A DNA stretch of 64,000 bases from a virus. The notes under the pieces are model-generated. The model worked only from the letters and a program-made list of their open reading frames with translations. It did not search any database and had not been told where the DNA came from. The translations under genes were made by a program, and so were the position numbers. The stretch's first letter is position 1, and the number at the start of each line of letters is the position of its first letter. Shown here piece after piece: positions 57,386-64,000 of the stretch. Location of the stretch: positions 23,413 through 87,412 of the IMG/VR virus record IMGVR_UViG_3300048446_000526; one strand, written 5' to 3'.

Positions 57386-57967
57386 CTATATGTAACCTTT
57401 AAGGTAGTTGTTCCATTCTTCAGGTATCCTATCCCTTATTATATGCAGTTCATGGGTGATTGGCAAGTACTTATTTGATTTTTTTGGATGAATTGGCTTT
57501 TTCCGCAGTTTAAGGTCAGTTTGATTTAACATTTTATTGGATTTTCTGCGATTACACTTGACGCAACAAGTCACAATATTTTCCCACACAGTAGGAGAAC
57601 TGGGGTTTTGCCATTTAGATTTAGGGACGACATGATCATAAGTCAACTGATTTACACGAGGCCGGACACCGCAATACTGACAACTGTAGTCATCCCTTAT
57701 AAATATGTTCTTTCTGGAAAACACGACTTGATGAGTGTTATATATATTAAAATACTTGGCTGTTTTAATTACGGCAGGAACCCTAACTGTATCTTTAGCA
57801 CCTTGTATAAAATCGTCATCATAATATTGTACTATTTCAATAGACGGTTTTTCACGCAGAGAATATTGATACTCCCAAACGATAGCCTTTCTCCAACTGA
57901 TAATACCAATCGGAGAAAAGTCAGCGTTTAAGATTAAACATTTTTTATGGTCTGTTTCTGCCTTCAT
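57386..57967 (-). CDS. HNH endonuclease (McrA/HNH_5-like)
   Basis: CLILNADF.P, VPAVI and FSRKNIFIRDDYSCQYCG...LTYDHVVPKS...WENIVTCC..CNRRK. Confidence 0.9.
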   Translation of the reverse strand: MKAETDHKKCLILNADFSPIGIISWRKAIVWEYQYSLREKPSIEIVQYYDDDFIQGAKDTVRVPAVIKTAKYFNIYNTHQVVFSRKNIFIRDDYSCQYCGVRPRVNQLTYDHVVPKSKWQNPSSPTVWENIVTCCVKCNRRKSNKMLNQTDLKLRKKPIHPKKSNKYLPITHELHIIRDRIPEEWNNYLKGYI

Positions 57968-58661
57968 GTTCAGTCAACCTATCTACAATATCCGCTATAA
58001 TAGGATTTCTGAGAATATCAACATCTTCTAGTCTTTGGTAGCCCACGCCCACTATCTCTTTAAGTATATTGGTCAGAGCATAGAAGCCGCCTTGTTGCTG
58101 TCGCATAAGGTCAGACTGTTCAATATCACCAGTTAAAACCATCTTGCTATCATTACCAATTCGTGTTAGTAACATTTTAAGTTGGTCATAAGAAGCATTT
58201 TGACACTCATCTGCTATAATAAAAGCATTATGGAAACTGCGACCTCTCATTAGTGCTAAAGGTACAATTTCTATTTTTCTTTTATGTTTTAACATGCCTA
58301 TATGAGTAGAGGTTAGAAAATGACTCAGTTCATCAAATAATGGCAAAAGATAAGGATGTAATTTTTCTTCTGCTGTTCCCGGTAAAAACCCAAGTCTTTC
58401 TCCTGCTTCTACTACAGGTCTTGTAATAACGATTTTTTCAACTTTCATATCGAGTAGATACTCTAAAGCCATACCTACGGCAATATGTGTTTTACCAGTA
58501 CCCGCTGCACCTTGACAAAATGTAATAGTGTTTTCAGCCACATTACGGATATAGTCTTTTTGATTAATCGTTTTAGGCTTCAGCCTGTTTCTAAAACCAA
58601 TAATGATCTCGTCGGGTTTTTCAAGCCGATTTTGACCAACATTTTTCTTTTTCTTTCGCAA
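57945..58661 (-). CDS. phoH: PhoH-like ATPase
   Basis: GAAGTGKT, ITRPVVEAGERLGFLPG, MRGRSF, DECQN, LTRIG and GDIEQSD. TTG start with a GAGGT RBS. Confidence 0.95.
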   Translation of the reverse strand: MRKKKKNVGQNRLEKPDEIIIGFRNRLKPKTINQKDYIRNVAENTITFCQGAAGTGKTHIAVGMALEYLLDMKVEKIVITRPVVEAGERLGFLPGTAEEKLHPYLLPLFDELSHFLTSTHIGMLKHKRKIEIVPLALMRGRSFHNAFIIADECQNASYDQLKMLLTRIGNDSKMVLTGDIEQSDLMRQQQGGFYALTNILKEIVGVGYQRLEDVDILRNPIIADIVDRLTEHEGRNRP

Positions 58662-58683
58662 AATAATACCTCACGGTAAAGGG

Positions 58684-60885
58684 TTAAATTAGACAAGCAC
58701 CTCCTGCACAACTAATTTCCTCAATCCCGGTCGTATTGTCCTCCGTTTCTAGCAACTGGGTGTAGTCAACCTTTTTGTAACTATCAAATAGGTCTTTGTA
58801 CCTTTTCCAGTTATATACATCTTTCATGCAATACGTAAGACGCTTTTCATCACCGTCAAAATATTTTGCGGCAAATCTATGCATCTTAGTTGCAAATATT
58901 GTTTTGTCTTCAGGATCATCTTCTTTTTCTTGTTTTAATGTAATATAGTCACATGCAGCCCATAGATTTAAATTAAAAGCGTTTAGACCCAATTCAATAA
59001 GCCCTGAACACCATAGTGCAGCATCACCATATTCTTTAACAATTTCTCTAGGAGTGTATACCGTTGTAAATGGTGCTTGCGGATAATCCTTATCACCACT
59101 CTGAGGTATCAGACTAATCCCAGCAAAGAACTTTCTATTATTATATATGTATTCAGTTACAGATTCCCATTCTTCAGGTTTTACAGTAACCGTGTTGCTG
59201 ACGTTGTGACTAAGAAAGTCCTGTGTACATAACGATCTGTTTTTCCCAGACTGTACCCAGTTCATTTGTGCGTCTTTGACTACCGAAAGCATTTCGACTG
59301 CTGGTAACTGGTTTTTTAGTTTAGAACCGTCTGGTACTTCAATGGGAAATTTAACAACTTCATCTGTATCATTGGCAGACCATGAAGACTTCTCGCAGGC
59401 CTGTGGGTTATAACTCTTGAAATGTTGAAAGGGGGCTTCCAGAATATTTGCCTGTACATGTCTAATGTATCTCTTGGCGTGGTGAGGATGAATACCGGAA
59501 CTTGTACCAAGCATAGAACTTGATGTTCCTTCTGGTTTCAAACAGGTTACTCTTGCTGCTTGATTAATCTTAATCTTTTTAGCAAGTTCTTTGTTTGTGT
59601 CAACTGCAATCTTTGCACCTTTCTTTAGTACTTTCTCTGTGAGAACAAGATCATGCTTTTCCATGATCCCTGTAAGTGACACACCAAGAAGTGCTTCGCG
59701 TTCAAAGATAGAGTTTGTAATATCTCCTAGATATTCTAAATTAGTAAACCCTGCTTGTAAAGTACCGATAATTGCAGCGGCTCTACATCTTTCATAAAAA
59801 TCTTCTTCGTCCACAACAGACGAACAGTTGATCGTAGAAAGATTACATCCTTGCCATCCAGACTTACCAGTTTTTTCATCTACAGGCCACATGCCTACTT
59901 CTACGCATGGGTTGAATGTCATCTCTGTGGAGTCACTCCAGATAAATCCGGGTTCACCGAACTCTTTGACTGAACCCATTAGTTTTTTGAATTCTTCGTA
60001 TGTAGTCTCGTTTTTCAACAACAACGCAGAGTTGTTGCTTCTGGCTCTTTGTGGATTGTCTACATACCAGTTGCCTGTTTTGGCTTTAGCCATTTCTTCG
60101 TCATCTGCACTAAATAGTGCTAAGGACGCACTTCTACGAACACCACCAGATAATACAGCATCGCTTGAGTGCATAATAATATCATAAGCATCAATAGGTT
60201 TAAGTTTTTTGACTCTCTTTTCAACGCACCTCTCCAGTAACTCTCTAATTTTTTCTAGACCATTTTGCAGTGGCTCGAAACCGGGAGCCTTGCCTACGCC
60301 AGAAGAAAGTACAGCACCTTTTTCACGAATATTGCTGTAATCAAAGACAATGTACTGATCTTTATATTGTTTGAATTTTTCATCTGTAGGTTTAGTAAAG
60401 TATGAACTAAGCAAAACACCTAAAGCATCAGCCCAGCCTTCAATGCTATCTTCTATAATATACTTTACACCTTTATCTTTGTCTTTTTTATTTTGTGTGA
60501 TCGAAGGTAACTTAGCAACGTGATGTTTTTGTACAGAGAAGCCTGTGCCGCTACCACACAGTAATAACCAGAAGCATTCTTGAAAGAATCTGGGACGATC
60601 ACAATAAGAACTTGTGCAGTTGTAAATCTTAGCGTGTCTCTTCAGGATAGGGTCGCCTCCAAACTGTAACGCTCTTTGACTACCTAAGACTTTTTTCTTG
60701 TGCATCATAGAGTAGGCCCAGTTTATTTCGTCTTTAAGGCCTTCTATCTCACCGTATTGAGTGTGCATCATGCTTTGTACACGTTCAACCGCTTCCTTCC
60801 AAGTCTCTCTTCTGTTTTCTGATTCTACCCAACGTGCGTACTTGCTAACAAATGTATAGTTCTGTAATTCGTTTAACGCCGACAT
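58684..60885 (-). CDS. nrdJ: Class II (adenosylcobalamin-dependent, monomeric RTPR-type) ribonucleotide reductase
   Basis: YNC, GGVRRSA, FNPCVEV, GCNLS, VTCLKPEGTSS and C-terminal CAGGAC. No nrdB in the window. Confidence 0.85.
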   Translation of the reverse strand: MSALNELQNYTFVSKYARWVESENRRETWKEAVERVQSMMHTQYGEIEGLKDEINWAYSMMHKKKVLGSQRALQFGGDPILKRHAKIYNCTSSYCDRPRFFQECFWLLLCGSGTGFSVQKHHVAKLPSITQNKKDKDKGVKYIIEDSIEGWADALGVLLSSYFTKPTDEKFKQYKDQYIVFDYSNIREKGAVLSSGVGKAPGFEPLQNGLEKIRELLERCVEKRVKKLKPIDAYDIIMHSSDAVLSGGVRRSASLALFSADDEEMAKAKTGNWYVDNPQRARSNNSALLLKNETTYEEFKKLMGSVKEFGEPGFIWSDSTEMTFNPCVEVGMWPVDEKTGKSGWQGCNLSTINCSSVVDEEDFYERCRAAAIIGTLQAGFTNLEYLGDITNSIFEREALLGVSLTGIMEKHDLVLTEKVLKKGAKIAVDTNKELAKKIKINQAARVTCLKPEGTSSSMLGTSSGIHPHHAKRYIRHVQANILEAPFQHFKSYNPQACEKSSWSANDTDEVVKFPIEVPDGSKLKNQLPAVEMLSVVKDAQMNWVQSGKNRSLCTQDFLSHNVSNTVTVKPEEWESVTEYIYNNRKFFAGISLIPQSGDKDYPQAPFTTVYTPREIVKEYGDAALWCSGLIELGLNAFNLNLWAACDYITLKQEKEDDPEDKTIFATKMHRFAAKYFDGDEKRLTYCMKDVYNWKRYKDLFDSYKKVDYTQLLETEDNTTGIEEISCAGGACLI

Positions 60886-60947
60886 TGTTACTCCTGAAAA
60901 ATTCTAGATAAATAAATTGTAAGTCCTACTAATAATTTTCGATATGA

Positions 60948-61406
60948 CTATATACACCGTGACATCCAAGATAAATCGGCATCTCTGTAAAAAATTTTCA
61001 TTCCAGAGTTTTTTACAAAAAAATCAAAACGATTTTTTGCCTCTTCATCAAATAAATGTGTACCATGATTTTTTGCCATAATTACGGTTTCTACGCCCTC
61101 TTGCCAAAGGGCCATAATACAGTCGTTACAACACTGTCCGGTAACATAAGCAATTCCTTTTTCCGGTCTAATTGTACAGTTGGAAAGAGCATTTCTTTCT
61201 GCATGAATCATCCAGTGATACTTTTCTGGTCGATGTGTAGGAAGCAAAGAATCATCCATCCCTCTCGGAAAACCGTTATATCCTACTCCTAAAATTCTAT
61301 GGTTAGGATCAGTAATTACACAACCGTGTTGCGTATGTACATCATGGCTACGCAGAGAAACTGCTTTGGCTAGTCCTAAGAAATAATCGTCCCACTCTGG
61401 TCTCAT
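60948..61406 (-). CDS. dCMP deaminase
   Basis: RPEWDDYF, GYNGFPRG, IHAERNA and QCCNDC. Confidence 0.92.
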   Translation of the reverse strand: MRPEWDDYFLGLAKAVSLRSHDVHTQHGCVITDPNHRILGVGYNGFPRGMDDSLLPTHRPEKYHWMIHAERNALSNCTIRPEKGIAYVTGQCCNDCIMALWQEGVETVIMAKNHGTHLFDEEAKNRFDFFVKNSGMKIFYRDADLSWMSRCI

Positions 61407-61445
61407 GTCATCTTGCCTAAATTAAAGATAAGTTGTTACCTACTT

Positions 61446-61473
61446 ATTATAGGTAAAATCGTTGCAGTGTCAA
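61446..61473 (-). promoter_or_regulatory. Sigma70-type promoter for the dCMP deaminase/nrdJ block
   Basis: TTGACA-N16-TATAAT. The -35 contains the TGA stop of the upstream gene. Confidence 0.75.
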
Positions 61474-62078
61474 GGAACTTTAGAGTAATTACCTGCAATA
61501 AAATCTTCTCTGTGATACCAGTAAATCAAGTCTTGTTCATAGGACGTAAAGTTGTGCTTGCGTTTTTTAATTATACTTTTATTGGCATGTGGAAAAGTTT
61601 TTAATTTATCTTCTTTTTGCTTGGCTGAAGGAGGATAGGGAATACCTAAATGTATATCAGCACTGCCTAATTCATTTACTATATCTTCACACCTTAATAA
61701 ATGCGTCCAATCTGGATATACTGTAATAACAGGGCGACATGCTGGTTGTTTAGCGTATTCTAAAAGCCAGTTGTGAAAAGTAATTTTTTTATCTTCTGGG
61801 ACTTTATGTATATGCCATTTCCACATACTAATACATCTGTCATAAGGATTTCTGATAGGTAGGAATCTACGCCAATCTTCTCCCAAAAAGTCTTGAGGCA
61901 CTTGTGCCGTGTGTGGACTATAGTATTCCTGACTCTTCCAGTTGTATTCTGGGTTTGGCCCTATTATTCTATTGTGTACATTGTACTCACCATCCTGTAT
62001 AAGAAAGTAGTCTAGGCTTGTACTGTAGTTTTTAAAAGGAGAATATACTAAGTATTTTTGTTTATAGTTAACTATCAT
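61470..62078 (-). CDS. Sulfotransferase-family (Sulfotransfer_2-like) protein
   Basis: MIV....YLVY..FKNYSTS (5'-PSB-like), IRNPYDRCISMW (3'-PB) and a Y..DF...Y C-terminus. Confidence 0.7.
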   Translation of the reverse strand: MIVNYKQKYLVYSPFKNYSTSLDYFLIQDGEYNVHNRIIGPNPEYNWKSQEYYSPHTAQVPQDFLGEDWRRFLPIRNPYDRCISMWKWHIHKVPEDKKITFHNWLLEYAKQPACRPVITVYPDWTHLLRCEDIVNELGSADIHLGIPYPPSAKQKEDKLKTFPHANKSIIKKRKHNFTSYEQDLIYWYHREDFIAGNYSKVP

Positions 62079-63511
62079 TTAAAAAAATCCATAAAATCTA
62101 TGTTTTTTGGTATTACCACATGGGGATGTGTAAAATTTTCTTCAAAATATTGTTTATTTTTCTTGGTTTTTTGCAACTTTACATCTAAGTCAAATGCCTT
62201 AAACTGTTTGATAATTTCTTTATTGTCAAAATGATGATCTTTAATAACTAAAAAGTTTTCTAATTCATCAGCAGGGTGTGCATAACGGAGATTGTTTTCA
62301 CATATTATAATCTTGTGGTTCATCAATAGGCTTTCCAAAACAACAATCGGACAAGGATCGCGTGTGCTGGTTAAGAAAAAGTAGTCAAGTTGTTCTAATA
62401 TCTCATGTGGATTTTTCACAACGTCTATGAAAGTCAAGTTAGGTATATCTGTATCTAGTGTTCCCCCTATCCAAATAAAGTCATATTCTGGACAAGCCTT
62501 TGCTGTCTCCGCAAATAAGTTTATGTTTTTTCTAGGACATATCGTACCACACATACCAATTTTTACACGTTCATTGTGTTTTCTTCTTTTCTTGTTTTTT
62601 TTAATTTTACTAACCCTAGATTCATGAACAAACTCTGGAACCACAAAAGTCTTATCTCGCAACTCAGGAGGTAGTTTAAAATTGTTTCTAATTTTATTGG
62701 CTACAAAAAAAGTTGCTTTAGAATTTGCAATCAGTTGAAACATCCTTGGGCGTTCTCCACGAAAAAATCTAATTGCATCAACATATGTTTCATGAAAGTG
62801 ATATATTGTTTTGTCTGCGTGGTGTGAAAATAAGTCGTAGTCTGTAACCATACGTGTCATAGAGTTGCTATAAATCACACTAGGATTGCCCCTGTTTAAA
62901 ATGTCTAATAGAATATTGACATTGTTAAAGTAATACATATGCTTTATTTTTTTATTTAGCGTAAAACATTTGCTGGGATGTGCATCCAAAAATACAACAT
63001 CTTCATGACCATTATCAACTAGGTAGTTTGCTAGGTCTTGAGCAAAAAAGGGTGCTCCTGTAACTGTTGAAGCATGGTTAACAATAACTATGGCTCCGTC
63101 TGGAATTTCTATGTCTTGCTCAACTAGGAATTTATTCATCTCCTCATAAGTCATGCCTATGTCCCAAGTTCTATGTGTTCCGTATCCGATATTTAAAAAG
63201 TGATCAGCAACATCTTCGACATTTTGGGCTACGTCTAAATTCATAAACTTATAAACATCTTCATCAAAACTTTCTGGAAGTTCAGTTAACTTTGCTTGAT
63301 ATGGATTAAACGCTGGCCTGCCCTCTTCATGTCCTTTGACATAATAGTGTGCATATAATGCAATATGATTAGTAATTTGCATTTCTTCAAGATCGGGATT
63401 CATTTCTAAATATTCCAAATGACTAAACCTAGGCTCCAACTCACGAACCTTTTGCATAATCTTTCCCGGTTTGGTTAAGTCTAGCAGTCTTTTTTTATCA
63501 CTTCTTTGCAT
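62075..63511 (-). CDS. Glycosyltransferase (GT4-like) with N-terminal YxxxNPD repeats
   Basis: Two F...Y..MN.D......H....G....R repeats, TGAP, GTICPRKN..LF, and FFLTSTRDPCPIVVLES. Confidence 0.8.
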   Translation of the reverse strand: MQRSDKKRLLDLTKPGKIMQKVRELEPRFSHLEYLEMNPDLEEMQITNHIALYAHYYVKGHEEGRPAFNPYQAKLTELPESFDEDVYKFMNLDVAQNVEDVADHFLNIGYGTHRTWDIGMTYEEMNKFLVEQDIEIPDGAIVIVNHASTVTGAPFFAQDLANYLVDNGHEDVVFLDAHPSKCFTLNKKIKHMYYFNNVNILLDILNRGNPSVIYSNSMTRMVTDYDLFSHHADKTIYHFHETYVDAIRFFRGERPRMFQLIANSKATFFVANKIRNNFKLPPELRDKTFVVPEFVHESRVSKIKKNKKRRKHNERVKIGMCGTICPRKNINLFAETAKACPEYDFIWIGGTLDTDIPNLTFIDVVKNPHEILEQLDYFFLTSTRDPCPIVVLESLLMNHKIIICENNLRYAHPADELENFLVIKDHHFDNKEIIKQFKAFDLDVKLQKTKKNKQYFEENFTHPHVVIPKNIDFMDFFK

Positions 63512-63999
63512 GAGTTTTTATCCCTTGTTGATATGACAGTAGGTGCCTTCACGGGCCAAATAATATTAAATGCAGGTTCACACCAGCAAAATCCATAGTC
63601 ATGCTCAGAGTCGTAGACTGAATCTTGTTGGTAATACAAAACACAGTCGGTCGTCGCAAAAAACGCATGACCACAATTCGGTGGAATATACAAACTTTGT
63701 AAATTGTCAGAAGTTAGGTTAACTCCGTAATACTGATTGTATGTTTCACTCTCTGGTCTTAGGTCTACACATACATCATACACCTTGCCTGAAACGCAAG
63801 TAACTAATTTCGCGTAGGGAGTTTGGTGTATACCACGTATGGTTCCAATAGACGACTTGCTGTAGTTGCTTTGGAAAGGAACAAATTCAGGAAAAGCACA
63901 TCTCTTATACATTTCTGCAAAAACACCTCGTTCATCTTTATGAATATCAGGTGTAAGAACCACACAGTCTTTAATAGTTGTATTGCTTATCTTTATCAT
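63481..63999 (-). CDS. rmlC: dTDP-4-dehydrorhamnose 3,5-epimerase
   Basis: DERGVF.E, QSNYS.S..GTIRGIH, AKLVTCVSG..YDVCVDLR and LYIP..CGHAF. Confidence 0.92.
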   Translation of the reverse strand: MIKISNTTIKDCVVLTPDIHKDERGVFAEMYKRCAFPEFVPFQSNYSKSSIGTIRGIHQTPYAKLVTCVSGKVYDVCVDLRPESETYNQYYGVNLTSDNLQSLYIPPNCGHAFFATTDCVLYYQQDSVYDSEHDYGFCWCEPAFNIIWPVKAPTVISTRDKNSCKEVIKKDC

Positions 64000-64000
64000 T

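Noticed and set aside
192-62627. Numerous 60-135 aa antisense or out-of-frame ORFs in the ORF track
   Set aside because: They are nested within well-supported genes and lack RBS and motifs; treated as shadow ORFs.
1-64000. Alternative genetic code (stop-codon reassignment)
   Set aside because: Multi-kb ORFs are intact under code 11, and TAA, TAG and TGA all terminate conserved genes at expected positions.

Overview
This 64 kb, AT-rich, gene-dense window comes from a large tailed dsDNA phage (Caudoviricetes) using the standard genetic code. Bases 1-33.2 kb (+ strand) form a tail module of very large genes: a 3534-aa tape-measure protein (TMP), a beta-roll tail fibre, two further tail proteins, a 2982-aa Cys-rich protein and a small Zn/Cys protein. 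Bases 33.1-64 kb (- strand) form a replication, recombination and nucleotide-metabolism arm. It encodes an SSAP-like protein, SSB, an intein-less split DnaE with DnaQ between the halves, a Cas4/AddB-like nuclease, dNMP kinase, DnaG, DnaB, RecA, HNH, PhoH, class II RNR and dCMP deaminase, plus two glycosylation clusters. A DUF1559 prepilin-like gene and a planctomycete-style membrane protein point to a Planctomycetota (PVC) host; this is inference. The most striking observation is that the TMP looks like a polyprotein. About 20 xxxGG motifs and four copies of a DTVPAMLTPGE motif delimit inserted cassettes, including two related PD-(D/E)xK nuclease-like domains and a GNAT-like domain. This suggests a tail-packaged, proteolytically released effector payload. 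I saw no tRNA, CRISPR array, integrase, intein or reverse transcriptase. All calls come from motif reading by eye; no database searches were run.
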